In this document: positions 9,329-19,403 of the stretch, piece after piece | Layout of the letters: each line of letters opens with the position of its first letter | Position numbering within the stretch: the first letter of the stretch is position 1 | IMG/VR virus record: IMGVR_UViG_3300016476_001378 | Origin: a virus | Taxonomy: Duplodnaviria > Caudoviricetes | DNA length: 64,000 nucleotides | Strand: one strand, 5' to 3' | The notes under the pieces: model-generated | The model's database searches: none | What the model saw: the letters and a program-made list of their open reading frames with translations, nothing else | What the model was told of the DNA's origin: nothing | Program-made: the position numbers and the translations under genes

Positions 9329-10771
9329 ATGGCTACTATTAAAATTTCACCAGATTTCTTCACAAAGGAAATTTTGAATTACAGTGATTGGCAAAGTGCT
9401 TTTTGGCGCGAGCTGTTTCAGAATTCTATTGATGCTGGCGCTAAGAACATTGAAATTCAAACAGAAGTTTCTCGCAACAATGTTATTGTCACATTTAAAG
9501 ATGATGGCAAGGGCATGGATAAAAAGACTTTGGAAGAAGTATTTTTCAGCCTTGGTTCGACTACAAAGACAAACCAAGATTCTGTTGGTGGCTTTGGTAA
9601 AGCTCGTATTATTTTATGTTTCGCCCAAACTGAATACATGATTAGAACTAATCAACTGTTTGTTCGTGGCTCTGGGGCAGACTATGAAATAGAAGAAGAT
9701 TACAAATATGTAAAAGGTTGTGAATTTTTAATTACAGTTCCAGTTAACAAATTTTATTCAAACCAAGATGCATTTGAAAATTCACTAAAAACTTTCTTAT
9801 CAAGATGTAATTTAAATTGCAAGGTAACAATTAATGGGACAGTCTGGAATAATTGGACAAAACAAAGAGGCAAGGTTCGACAGCTTGACTTTGCAAAAGC
9901 AATCGCTGTAAAAGATGGCGAAAAGAATAGAATTCTTTTCAGGGTAAATGGCTTGTGTATGTTTACAAGATACTCAAGCTACCCAAACTTAGTAATAGTT
10001 GAAATTAACCCCAGTGTATCTAGAAATGTTCTATTGTCAAATAGGGATTCTATTAATTATCATTATTCTGACCAAGTTGATGATTTTATAAATTGTTTAA
10101 ATAATGACAATTTGTCAGCCTTTAGAAATGATGAGGTAATTAATACTATCATCACTGGTAAATCAAGAACATTCAAATCAAAAAGAAAAGCAGTAATAGA
10201 AGCGAGTTATGAATGCGACACACAATCATTCCTTACTAGACCCCAGGGCGAAATTCATTATCAAGTAACAGACATCAATGAAGAAAATGAAGACGATGGC
10301 CTCATAATTGTTACCAAGACGAATGACGCAAAAATCAAGCGAGCCTCACGTTCTTTTAAGCCAGACAACATGGAAGATAAAAGCCGCAAGAAAAAGCTCT
10401 TAAATCAATGGATTATAGCCTGTGAGTACGCTTTAGAATCTTATTGCCACTTAACAGCCAAGGAAGAAATGAGTTGGAGGCCAGGTTTGGTCTTTGACAA
10501 AGATGTAGAGGCTTGCCACCAGAAGCAAGAAGATAATTCGCATGCTTTGATGTTAAATCCAATCTTTTGTTCTGGTGAAAATTTAGGAAAGATTAAATTT
10601 TCTTTAAATAATTTTGGCGACCATGTAAAGCTGTTAACTTTGGCTGCTCACGAGGTAGCACACTGCTCTAGAAGCTATCATGATGAGACTTATGCCAACT
10701 TATTCACTGATATAGTGGCTGATTTGATGCAGAATGTTAACAAAGTCAGCAAGGAAATGAAGCTGGCTTAG
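9329..10771 (+). CDS. GHKL (HATPase_c) ATPase with C-terminal HEXXH metallopeptidase-like motif
   Basis: RELFQNSIDAGA, DDGKGM, GSTTK, GGFGKA; C-terminal AAHEVAH...H. Confidence 0.75.
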   Translation: MATIKISPDFFTKEILNYSDWQSAFWRELFQNSIDAGAKNIEIQTEVSRNNVIVTFKDDGKGMDKKTLEEVFFSLGSTTKTNQDSVGGFGKARIILCFAQTEYMIRTNQLFVRGSGADYEIEEDYKYVKGCEFLITVPVNKFYSNQDAFENSLKTFLSRCNLNCKVTINGTVWNNWTKQRGKVRQLDFAKAIAVKDGEKNRILFRVNGLCMFTRYSSYPNLVIVEINPSVSRNVLLSNRDSINYHYSDQVDDFINCLNNDNLSAFRNDEVINTIITGKSRTFKSKRKAVIEASYECDTQSFLTRPQGEIHYQVTDINEENEDDGLIIVTKTNDAKIKRASRSFKPDNMEDKSRKKKLLNQWIIACEYALESYCHLTAKEEMSWRPGLVFDKDVEACHQKQEDNSHALMLNPIFCSGENLGKIKFSLNNFGDHVKLLTLAAHEVAHCSRSYHDETYANLFTDIVADLMQNVNKVSKEMKLA

Positions 10772-10990
10772 TTGTAGAATATTATAATGTAAGAAGTCAT
10801 CGCCGATTTCTTGTTATTCACAGAAGAAAATCTATGAGAGGAGACTTGAGGCGATGAGATTTCTAGAAGATTTAGAAAGCATGCTTGAAGAAGTGCTTAG
10901 CAGCATTTTCAAATGGCAAATAGATTATTAATCGTCATCAGGTAGCATAGAAATATGCTACCTTTTTATTTGCGTGTTGGAGATGTGAAA

Positions 10991-11263
10991 ATGAATAGAG
11001 TTATAAGTTTAAAAGATACATTGTTGATAGCATTTTTATTCTTGTGTGGTATTGGTTTCGGTTTGTATGCAAGTGTTTTTATTTCTAAACCTGAGCCTAA
11101 AGTAGCAGCATCAAATAACGGATGCCAAAATGATTCTATGTTGAGAGCACAAGCAAAATACATCCATAAATTAAATGGGGAACTTTTAGAGTTAAAGTAC
11201 AACCCAAAGGATGCAGAAGGTTTAAGAAAACAAATTGCAATAGCCAGAATGATGAGAAATTAG
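10991..11263 (+). CDS. Hypothetical membrane-anchored protein
   Basis: Likely start MNRV after GGAG; single TM helix. Confidence 0.55.
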   Translation: MNRVISLKDTLLIAFLFLCGIGFGLYASVFISKPEPKVAASNNGCQNDSMLRAQAKYIHKLNGELLELKYNPKDAEGLRKQIAIARMMRN

Positions 11264-11354
11264 GATAATAGTTAATTTTAAATTAAAGATATATTTGTCA
11301 AAAAAATAATTGATAGACTCGTCGTGACTGATTCTCTTTGTGGAGGAAGTGCCT

Positions 11355-11774
11355 ATGGAAAAGTTCTATTCAATTATCGCATTGATCAAATCTATTTTAT
11401 TTTCTGGCTTGAACAAAGTTAAAAATTTAGATGGTGATTTGATTGCAGATAAAGTTACAAGTGCTTTAGGCAGTTGGAGATTTATTATTATCCAGTCTGT
11501 CATTTTAGCGTGTTGGATCTCTTTAAATGTATATCTTGTTTCAATCCATATAAAGGCTTTTGATCCTTATCCTTTTATTCTTTTAAATCTTATGTTAAGC
11601 TTCCAAGCTGCTTTTACTGGCCCCGTTGTTTTGATGAGTCAAAACAGACATTCCATCAGGGATAGCAAGGCTGTATTGGCAGATTTGGAATGTGACATCA
11701 GAGCAGAGAAGGATTTGAAGGAAATCAAATCAACTTTGCAAGAGATCCAGAAAATGATTGTAGATTTGTCTTAA
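11355..11774 (+). CDS. DUF1003 family membrane protein
   Basis: GSWRFII, FDPYPFILLNLMLSFQAAFTGPVVLMSQNR. Confidence 0.9.
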   Translation: MEKFYSIIALIKSILFSGLNKVKNLDGDLIADKVTSALGSWRFIIIQSVILACWISLNVYLVSIHIKAFDPYPFILLNLMLSFQAAFTGPVVLMSQNRHSIRDSKAVLADLECDIRAEKDLKEIKSTLQEIQKMIVDLS

Positions 11775-11817
11775 CCGATAAGGTTGGTCCCCTATTGTTC
11801 AATAGGGGATTTTCTTT

Positions 11818-12402
11818 TTAGATAGAACTAAAGCCAACATTATAAACAACATGGTCTGAAAAATGGATATTTGCACAAGCTTGCTGTAATTCTTTTAATA
11901 AACGATAATCTTCTGTGCGACCATTTGTAAATCTCAAATTATGTATGTTTAAGAATCTTAATTTAACAGCAAATGAGATTCCAACCTGGCCCATCGCTAA
12001 TTCTTTCATGCCTTCTGGTGGTAAAACAACACCATTGGTAAATCTCATTTTAAAAATACAAACGTCCATGTTTGGATGTTTGTCTAATTCATTATAAAAA
12101 GCTTCTATGTAATTTGGCTGGAAAGAATCATCATCATCCAGAAAGCAAATCCAATTTGTCTCGGCTAGGTCTATAGCTTTATTTCTAACAGCTCCACCAC
12201 CATTAAAGCCATCACCAATCTTGGCAGAATTATAATAATGAATAATCCTGTTGTCAGAAATGGGTGGAGTTGGCAAATCTTCTTTGGTAATGCCATCAAA
12301 AGAAACAATGCAACGCCACATTGGGTTGGTTTGCTGCTTCAATGAAAGCAGGGCTGCATTTAAGCTATCACGGCCCTTACTAGGAATGATTACAGTTATC
12401 AT
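11818..12402 (-). CDS. Glycosyltransferase family 2 (GT-A)
   Basis: ITVIIPS, RNKAI, FLDDDD, ED motifs. Confidence 0.85.
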   Translation of the reverse strand: MITVIIPSKGRDSLNAALLSLKQQTNPMWRCIVSFDGITKEDLPTPPISDNRIIHYYNSAKIGDGFNGGGAVRNKAIDLAETNWICFLDDDDSFQPNYIEAFYNELDKHPNMDVCIFKMRFTNGVVLPPEGMKELAMGQVGISFAVKLRFLNIHNLRFTNGRTEDYRLLKELQQACANIHFSDHVVYNVGFSSI

Positions 12403-12689
12403 TTTAGTCCTGATAAATCTTGCATGATTTCAACCAAAGCATCAGCATAAATGTGATGATTGGCAGCTTCAAGCTTTTTGGCATAAGTAAATAAACTAGC
12501 AGCTGTTCTCAATGATTCAACAGAAGCTGATTTCTTGCCTTTAGATTTGCCCTTTATTTTATTTAACTGTTTATAAGCTATTGCATAAGCGATTGCTTTT
12601 TGCTCTTTCTCACTCTTCTCAGGATAAAAGTCTTTTTTTGATAATAATTCTGATACTAAATCTTCAACAAATTTTGGCATAATAATCAC
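12399..12689 (-). CDS. Hypothetical basic protein with C-terminal shared tag
   Basis: KAIAYAIAYKQ; AKKLEAANHHIYADAL. Confidence 0.6.
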   Translation of the reverse strand: MIIMPKFVEDLVSELLSKKDFYPEKSEKEQKAIAYAIAYKQLNKIKGKSKGKKSASVESLRTAASLFTYAKKLEAANHHIYADALVEIMQDLSGLK

Positions 12690-12785
12690 CTCTGATTTTA
12701 TATTTTTATTCAGTTGAGTTAATGACCTGCAAAAACAAAAGAGACCTGAAGTAACAGATCTCTTTTGTTTAAAATAAACTCTAAA

Positions 12786-13634
12786 TTAATAGAGGCCCCA
12801 GAAAGGCCAACTTCCATTATAAGCAGGAGTTGGGCTACCAGAACAGATGTTAAAGCCAGCAGCAGCGCCAGTATTTGTTCTAAATGTACAGGCTGGTACT
12901 GAATAATCTGCACTTGTTGGACAAAGCGCAAGAAATTGCTTTACATTCATCCATTTAGCATGGCCATCTGCATAGGCAAATGTCAATCCATCTGAGTGCG
13001 GGGCATTGTTCTTATCTGGTGTGCCATTTGGCATCAAATAAGTAGTCCAAGACTCACGCAAGGCGGCTGGCCAAAGCACACTACTGGAGCTAATGTACGA
13101 GAAGCTAACCTGATTACGAAGCTCCATCATTACCCATGTGTCAGCAGGAGTTTGAACGCCTGCGAGAGTGCCACCTAGGAAGCTAGGATTTTCGCCAGAA
13201 GGGTTAATTGGACGACCACTAAGGGAAAGGTTCATAGCGTAACCATCGCCCTTGTATTCGCCATTTACGTTCCATGCTTCAACATCACGGGTACGAGATG
13301 GACAGCGGAAAATGTTTGCATTCTTGGTATAAGGCAAAACCCAAGCTGGCCACTTATAATGGTTGATGCGTGTAGCAAAACCACCAGTCGCATTTGGGTT
13401 GAGAGGGGAAGATGATGCCCAGTAATCAGCACGAGGATAGTTCTCATCATAATCCTGTGCATACATAAGGAGGCCTAGACCGACCTGCTTCATGTTGGAA
13501 AGACAAGATGTTTGACGAGCCTTCTCACGGGCCTGAGCAAATACAGGGAAAAGAATAGCTGCGAGAATCGCAATGATAGCGATAACTACTAGAAGTTCGA
13601 TGAGTGTAAAAGCACTCTTCTTGGAATTTGTCAA
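12786..13634 (-). CDS. Prepilin-type N-terminal cleavage/methylation protein, DUF1559 / H-X9-DG family
   Basis: SA|[39 protein letters not shown]; FRCPS; [15 protein letters not shown]; TTG start with GGAG SD. Confidence 0.92.
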   Translation of the reverse strand: MTNSKKSAFTLIELLVVIAIIAILAAILFPVFAQAREKARQTSCLSNMKQVGLGLLMYAQDYDENYPRADYWASSSPLNPNATGGFATRINHYKWPAWVLPYTKNANIFRCPSRTRDVEAWNVNGEYKGDGYAMNLSLSGRPINPSGENPSFLGGTLAGVQTPADTWVMMELRNQVSFSYISSSSVLWPAALRESWTTYLMPNGTPDKNNAPHSDGLTFAYADGHAKWMNVKQFLALCPTSADYSVPACTFRTNTGAAAGFNICSGSPTPAYNGSWPFWGLY

Positions 13635-13737
13635 TTTATTCTCCTAAATTTTTTAATTATTTATTAATAATTCCACACTGAATTATCGCTCTTAACACAA
13701 ACATATAATATTATAAATTAATTTATTAATATTAAAA

Positions 13738-14319
13738 TTAAATTAATTTTATCGTAGACACAATGCTTTCTATTTGCTTTTGTCTCTCAAGAAGTTTGAA
13801 ATAAAATAATAAAGTGTTTTTTGCATCATTATCAGCTCTATGTGGCTCGCCAATAAAAGATAATTTAAATCTTCCCATTGCTGAAGACAAACCGCCTTTG
13901 AATGACTTATTTTGAGCCTGCATTAAGAATATATAGAGTTGTTTAACATCTAATTCTCTTCTGCCAAAATAGGGGAAATGAATATTAGATTCCTTGAATT
14001 CTTTGATGAGACAAGTGATATCCCCAGCACCCCATGTGACCGGATTTACAAAGCACTGATATTTGTTTATGATTGTAGAAAGTTCACTAGCAACTACATC
14101 TAAGGAAACAGATTTCTCTTTAATGTCTGAATTTTTGATACCTGTAAGATCTGTTATGAAAGGATATATATATTCGCCAGGATCTATCAGCCATTCTTTG
14201 GTTAGGATAATGCCAGCATTCAAATTACCAACTGAAATGCCAACTTGAATAATTTTAGGGTTGGGAGTCGAATTATCTGAACTATTATTTAATTCAAGAT
14301 CAAGAGAAATGTAATTCAT
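13738..14319 (-). CDS. DEDDh 3'-5' exonuclease (DnaQ/KapD-like)
   Basis: SLDLE, LTGI, TWGAGD, HRADNDA. Confidence 0.85.
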   Translation of the reverse strand: MNYISLDLELNNSSDNSTPNPKIIQVGISVGNLNAGIILTKEWLIDPGEYIYPFITDLTGIKNSDIKEKSVSLDVVASELSTIINKYQCFVNPVTWGAGDITCLIKEFKESNIHFPYFGRRELDVKQLYIFLMQAQNKSFKGGLSSAMGRFKLSFIGEPHRADNDAKNTLLFYFKLLERQKQIESIVSTIKLI

Positions 14320-14367
14320 AATACTATTATAGTGTAATTAATTTATTTTTAAGACAAAAATGGGGCC

Positions 14368-15873
14368 TTATTGGGGCCCCATTTTATTTACCTCTTCTAG
14401 AAAGCTTAAAGCTGACCTGATTAAATCATACCTTTCGGTATAAACAGCTTGCTTCATGATGTCAATTGGTGAAATAACTTCGCCACTAAGAACCGCCTTC
14501 AAAATAGAAGGAGAGCAACCAGAAACAAGACAAGTGCCTGTATCATGAATTGTCATAGGAACATTTGCAGCTCCATTAACATTCCAGAAAATAAGATCTG
14601 GCATCTTGTAATTATACTTAGCATAATTCTTTTTGATTTGTTCAAAATTGGTTCTACTATTTGAATTACATGCTTGATCAAATTGCATATCAGAAACGAT
14701 AAAGATCTTTTCTGGCATGTCTTCTGGTGCAACACTATCAGCCTTTGCAGCCTTAAGAATGCTCTTGAATACAGCAACCAAGTTTGTATTATAACCCCAT
14801 TCAGCTTGTTTAAGATTATTGGTCTTATCTACAATTGTGTGACCAATAATGGTTTGCATTTCTGGAGCTTCAGAAAATGTAATAAATTTATTTTTCCATA
14901 CTCCAGAATTTTTCTCAGCTATATAAATTGCCAAAGAAATACTAACATCAATTGGCCTAACATTTCCATTGGCCAACATCATGGATCCAGATGTGTCCGC
15001 TACAACTAAACCTTTGAATGATTTACCTTCCATGTAATCTGGAAGATTCTGCCAAAGAGCTTGAAGAGCAAGTTCTTCTGTTGGATCAACACGGCCATAA
15101 GTTTCCCTTACCTTTTCTACAATTTCATAAGGATAAAGTGCAGAAGCATTAACTTTATTTTCAAGCTTTACAGCTGAAAGCATAAATTGATTATATCTCT
15201 CAAGATCATGTTTCATGAATGACTTGCGATACATCAGGCCAGCCTTGGAAGGGACCTTAGAATAATCAATTTCTGACCAATTATTTGAGCACATTTTATG
15301 CTCTACAAGGTCAATCTTCTTGCGAAGCTTGCTAAGCATTAAGCGGTATTCTTTTTCAGAAAGACCTAAGCGCTTTGCAAATTGTCTTCCAAGAGACTTG
15401 GTCGCTTTTGAAGAAGCATTGATAGACGGCATCCACTTGGCCAAAAGTGATGGATGCTCTGTTTCTGGGTCGTTGTCATGATTCAATTTTGATATAACAA
15501 AATCTACTACACGATTCCAGTCAATACAGCCATCAAGCACGAAGAGATCATCCCAGCGCCCATAAATAGGTACTAAAGGAATAATTGCTTGGCGAATTTC
15601 AAAAGGTGTGTTGAGAAGAAGATGGCGAAATACTTTTCGCTCACCCTGACCGCCACGAATGTCTCTGCTGTTAAACAGGATACGAAGTGCAGTTTCAGGA
15701 TCTTCTTCTAAAGCTCTAAGATAAAGAGCTGTAATGGCATCTGGATCTGTTCTAGATGCAGAAATCTTACCAAATAGATCTACATTAAGATCTAAAGTGG
15801 ATTTATAAGCTTTGGCCCCATTTGTAGTTTCAGTGGAATTAAGTTGTTTTTCCAAAGCATAAATAAAAGACAT
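14368..15873 (-). CDS. DUF2828 family protein (Ro60/TROVE-like helical domain plus vWA)
   Basis: TTNGAKAY, RDIRGGQGER, YGRWDDL, AKWMPS, IDYSKVPS; vWA MIDAS DTSGSM, WGYNTN, SDMQFD, FWNV, VSGCSP. Likely start ATG 15873 (GGAAAG SD). Confidence 0.88.
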   Translation of the reverse strand: MSFIYALEKQLNSTETTNGAKAYKSTLDLNVDLFGKISASRTDPDAITALYLRALEEDPETALRILFNSRDIRGGQGERKVFRHLLLNTPFEIRQAIIPLVPIYGRWDDLFVLDGCIDWNRVVDFVISKLNHDNDPETEHPSLLAKWMPSINASSKATKSLGRQFAKRLGLSEKEYRLMLSKLRKKIDLVEHKMCSNNWSEIDYSKVPSKAGLMYRKSFMKHDLERYNQFMLSAVKLENKVNASALYPYEIVEKVRETYGRVDPTEELALQALWQNLPDYMEGKSFKGLVVADTSGSMMLANGNVRPIDVSISLAIYIAEKNSGVWKNKFITFSEAPEMQTIIGHTIVDKTNNLKQAEWGYNTNLVAVFKSILKAAKADSVAPEDMPEKIFIVSDMQFDQACNSNSRTNFEQIKKNYAKYNYKMPDLIFWNVNGAANVPMTIHDTGTCLVSGCSPSILKAVLSGEVISPIDIMKQAVYTERYDLIRSALSFLEEVNKMGPQ

Positions 15874-15889
15874 TTTTGTTTTTCTTTCC

Positions 15890-16115
15890 AAGATGATTTT
15901 TGTTTAAATTTCAAGTTTAAAGTTTTATTTGCTGAATCATCTTTATTTGTTTTGGGTTTTGCTCGTTACTAGATAATTTTTAATTGTCCTTAGTAATTGT
16001 AATCGCTGAATTATCTTGAGCGGGGTGGTGCAGCTTTGCATTAAATTACGAGATGGGTTTTGCTCAGCTGCACCGATCTTTATTTATGTTTTATAAAGAG
16101 TTGCTGAACCATCTC
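15890..16115 (-). ncRNA. Array of three CAGC-bulge hairpin units upstream of the DUF2828 gene
   Basis: Units 15890-15943, 15971-16016 and 16050-16115; each AGATRRTT-CAGCRA...inner hairpin...complementary arm, with compensatory changes between units; TATAAT at 16122-16127. Confidence 0.7.
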
Positions 16116-16211
16116 ACTATTATTATAGTACTAAAATTCTCATTTCAGCACTAAGCAATAATTAATTTCCTTACATTCTTATAGAATAAAGGGGCCTAAT
16201 TTTAAGACAAA

Positions 16212-16241
16212 AAAAGATGGCTGTATTTCAAGCCATCTTTT
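16212..16241 (-). terminator. Intrinsic terminator
   Basis: aaaagatggct/agccatctttt stem after the DUF1559 pair. Confidence 0.7.
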
Positions 16242-16261
16242 AGAAACGGTGCTAAAATTAA

Positions 16262-17170
16262 TTAGCGAACTGGGTTGCCAAACTGGTCAAGAACAGGCAT
16301 TCCACCAGCGGTGTATACAGACTTACCCCACATAAAGTTGTTTGGATTAACAGTCTGCTCAAACTTCATCCACTTTGAGTGGCCGTCAGAGAATGTATAG
16401 GTTGCACCACCTGCATGGCGATCTGGTTGCATGTAAGCAATCTGAAGAGCACCACCAGCGTAACCTGGAGCCTTACATGTAGCCCATGCTTGAGAAGCAA
16501 GCGCAGGTGTGACAGCATAAACAGCTGAAAGGCTAGGAGCAAACTGTGAAGAATCTTCACCCTTCCATGTTCCACCAGAAACACTGGTCATAAAAGCATT
16601 GGTTGATCTATGGCTCTTATTTACATAAGCTCCACCACTTGTTCCAGCATTTGATGTGTCATTGATACAAGCGAGTGTATTTGTCATCTCTGCGATAACA
16701 ATAGTGTCAGCTGGTGCGTCAAGAGCAGCAAGAGTGGTAACATTTGCTGGGTCGATAGAACGACGTTTGCGTGGGAGTACTGCTGCATTTGCAACATAAG
16801 AAATGCGTGGGGCTTGATTATCAAGGCCAGGATTTGTTGGAGGAACACCCTTGTTTGGGTCAGAAGGGCAAACGAACAAAGCAGTGTTCTTTACATAAGG
16901 CTGAATTAAGCCTGACCACTGATTGTAGCCATTAGCGCCATTGAGGTCATTTGCATACCAGTAAGCCTGTGGGTATGTTTCATCGTAGTCTTGTGCATAC
17001 ATGGTGATACCAAGGCCCATTTGCTTGGTGTTTGAAAGGCAGCTTGTTTGGCGAGCCTTGTCACGAGCCTGTGCGAAAACAGGGAAGAGGATAGCGGCAA
17101 GAATTGCAATGATTGCAATGACTACGAGAAGTTCGATGAGTGTAAATGCACTCTTCTTAGAATTGTTCAA
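16262..17170 (-). CDS. Prepilin-type DUF1559 / H-X9-DG protein
   Basis: SA|[28 protein letters not shown]; FVCPSD; [15 protein letters not shown]; likely TTG start at 17170. Confidence 0.92.
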   Translation of the reverse strand: MNNSKKSAFTLIELLVVIAIIAILAAILFPVFAQARDKARQTSCLSNTKQMGLGITMYAQDYDETYPQAYWYANDLNGANGYNQWSGLIQPYVKNTALFVCPSDPNKGVPPTNPGLDNQAPRISYVANAAVLPRKRRSIDPANVTTLAALDAPADTIVIAEMTNTLACINDTSNAGTSGGAYVNKSHRSTNAFMTSVSGGTWKGEDSSQFAPSLSAVYAVTPALASQAWATCKAPGYAGGALQIAYMQPDRHAGGATYTFSDGHSKWMKFEQTVNPNNFMWGKSVYTAGGMPVLDQFGNPVR

Positions 17171-17252
17171 TTTTATTTTCCTTTTGTTTTGATTTAAAAT
17201 CAAATTATTATTGTGTTTATTTGATGAGTTAAGATTAAGTAAAAATTAAATC

Positions 17253-18089
17253 TTAAAGACAAGGGGCCTCTAATGGTGAATCTTGGAATGGAACAGGATA
17301 CCAATTTGCACCCCAAAGAAAATTATTAGGGTCTATAGTTTGCTCAACACGATACCACTTAGCATGACCATCAGCAAAGGTGTAATTGGCACCACCGGAA
17401 TGACGGTCCCATTTGACGCGAATCAATTCTGGCTTCTTGTCACTGGTGGCAGAAAGTCCAGTCACCATGTCACTCATGGTTGTAAGTCTATAAGAATCAC
17501 CAGGGCAGATTTGGCCAGAACCTAAAGTAGAACCACGGGACGTGCTAGTAGCATACAAGCCGCTTACACCCTTCCACTGCCCAATGGTTGCACCGCTATT
17601 TAATTTATTTCGACGCTCGCCAAGAACAATCAAATTTGCAGGAGTTTCAAAAGCAGCTTCTGTAGGTGGCAGCCAGTCATGGGCTGGAATTACATTGTAA
17701 TTATTCACATAAGAGAATTTTGGCACCTGAGCATCACAATTGACACCAATGATAGAGTTGCCTGTACATGGCAACTTTGGTGTCACAGGGGCCGGATCAG
17801 AAGGGCATACAAAGATGCCAACATTCTTAACATAAGGCTGAAGTACCCATGACCAGTGAATTTTTAAAATAGGGTCTTCAGAAGTGGTTTGCATCAATGT
17901 GCCATCGTAGTCTTGCTGATACATGTTAAAAGCAACACCCAACTGCTTCATGTTGGATAAGCAAGATGCGGCTCTAGCTTTATCTCTAGCTTGTGCAAAA
18001 ACAGGGAAAAGGATAGCTGCGAGTATTGCGATGATTGCAATAACTACAAGAAGTTCAATTAGCGTAAAAGCGCTCTTAGAGTTCTTCAA
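17253..18089 (-). CDS. Prepilin-type DUF1559 / H-X9-DG protein
   Basis: SA|FTLIELL...; FVCPSD; [15 protein letters not shown]; TTG start with GGAG SD. Confidence 0.92.
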   Translation of the reverse strand: MKNSKSAFTLIELLVVIAIIAILAAILFPVFAQARDKARAASCLSNMKQLGVAFNMYQQDYDGTLMQTTSEDPILKIHWSWVLQPYVKNVGIFVCPSDPAPVTPKLPCTGNSIIGVNCDAQVPKFSYVNNYNVIPAHDWLPPTEAAFETPANLIVLGERRNKLNSGATIGQWKGVSGLYATSTSRGSTLGSGQICPGDSYRLTTMSDMVTGLSATSDKKPELIRVKWDRHSGGANYTFADGHAKWYRVEQTIDPNNFLWGANWYPVPFQDSPLEAPCL

Positions 18090-18201
18090 TTAAATATCTC
18101 CTGGAATTGTAATTTAGTTTTATAATCTATTCCAATACAAATTATTCTATTTTTTATCATTAGAAATGTTAAGAGAAGATTAAATTTAAAGAAAGCTTTT
18201 A

Positions 18202-18456
18202 ATGATGTATAGTGCGAGAGTTATGTTGGTAGTTTCTTTGGGCCTCTTAAATAAAACAGATTACAGCTATTTTAGGAAGATAGATGAACCTGAAATTTAT
18301 TTTGGATTATTAGGAAAGAGGCCCCTTAGTTTTTGGAAAGAAGAATTTAAAGACTTGGGTCTTGTCATGGAAACAGAATTAATCCATGTAATTAATCTTG
18401 TTAAAAGAAATGAGCAAAATGAAGTCTTAATTGGAATAAGACTGGAAGACTATTAG
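18202..18456 (+). CDS. Hypothetical protein
   Basis: ORF filling the gap; start uncertain. Confidence 0.45.
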   Translation: MMYSARVMLVVSLGLLNKTDYSYFRKIDEPEIYFGLLGKRPLSFWKEEFKDLGLVMETELIHVINLVKRNEQNEVLIGIRLEDY

Positions 18457-18460
18457 AACC

Positions 18461-18712
18461 TCAAATTGAGGCTCTAATAATTAATTCTTTAATCTGATTA
18501 TGTAAATCAGGGCTACTGATGAGTCTGTTGTCTACTAGTTTATTAAGAATGTTAAACATTTCTGGGGCTAGAGCAGCAAGTTTTACATTATTAAAATGTA
18601 TTTCTGGATCGTCCACAGCAAAATGATTATATTCAAGAATGGCTACTCCGTCACAATCTAAAACTTGAGAACCATGTTCTGAAAGCAACCAAGGCGAAGG
18701 TGAGATTTTCAT
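18461..18712 (-). CDS. Hypothetical phage protein
   Basis: SPSPW...NVKLAALAPEM pattern seen in small phage proteins; GGAG SD. Confidence 0.65.
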   Translation of the reverse strand: MKISPSPWLLSEHGSQVLDCDGVAILEYNHFAVDDPEIHFNNVKLAALAPEMFNILNKLVDNRLISSPDLHNQIKELIIRASI

Positions 18713-18745
18713 AATTTTTACTCCTGGTTAATTATCGGATCAAAG

Positions 18746-19336
18746 TTATCTTAAACTGTATGAATGCAGCTTTCCCTTGTAAAACATTATCATTAATTTT
18801 TGTCCTGCTTCCCACAGATAAATGGCAAATCCACTATCTTTGTTTTCGCTGATAACATTTAGCTTTTTCTTTGGGGGCCCCAAAATTGCTACAGTGTCAA
18901 AATAAGACATACCAGCCTTTAATTTATCAGTGATCTTAGGAATGGGCTTATCAACTATAGGTTCGTCTGGCTCAGGTTCTGGATCGGGTTCTGGAGTTGG
19001 CTCAGCCGGGACTGTTTCTTCTTTTTTATCTAAGTTAATAACGCCTGATTTTAAGTTTGTTTTATCTCCGAGAGAAATTATAGCTTTATTATCTGTTCTA
19101 GGCGGAATAGTTCCAAAATACAAACCTGCCACAGAAACTTCGTTGCTTTTATTTTTTGAACCAGGCTTAAAAGTTATAAATAGCATGTAGATAAGCAAAA
19201 CAATAAAAGCGGCCCAAAAAAACTTTATCAAAAAGTTGGTTTTTAATTTTGGGGCAGGGGCTGTAGTGGGTATTACTTCAGCTATATCATCTGCTAATGC
19301 TGACACAAAATTATCTGTAAATTTGTTTGACATCAT
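18746..19336 (-). CDS. Membrane-anchored protein with Pro/Glu linker and SmpA/BLIP-like C-terminal domain
   Basis: TM helix; EPTPEPDPEPEP; LKAGMSYFDTVAILGPP. Confidence 0.6.
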   Translation of the reverse strand: MMSNKFTDNFVSALADDIAEVIPTTAPAPKLKTNFLIKFFWAAFIVLLIYMLFITFKPGSKNKSNEVSVAGLYFGTIPPRTDNKAIISLGDKTNLKSGVINLDKKEETVPAEPTPEPDPEPEPDEPIVDKPIPKITDKLKAGMSYFDTVAILGPPKKKLNVISENKDSGFAIYLWEAGQKLMIMFYKGKLHSYSLR

Positions 19337-19403
19337 GGATTTCTTTCATGTGATTTCATTTATTTTTGTACAATCATAATATAACAAAGGAGCTAGATTC
19401 AAA

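Noticed and set aside
11310-11340. ZTP-riboswitch-like GTCGTGACTG before DUF1003
   Set aside because: Only a short match; the rest of the consensus and the pairing are absent.
15890-16115. CRISPR mini-array
   Set aside because: Units are self-complementary hairpins with covarying arms, not identical direct repeats with constant-length spacers; no cas genes seen.
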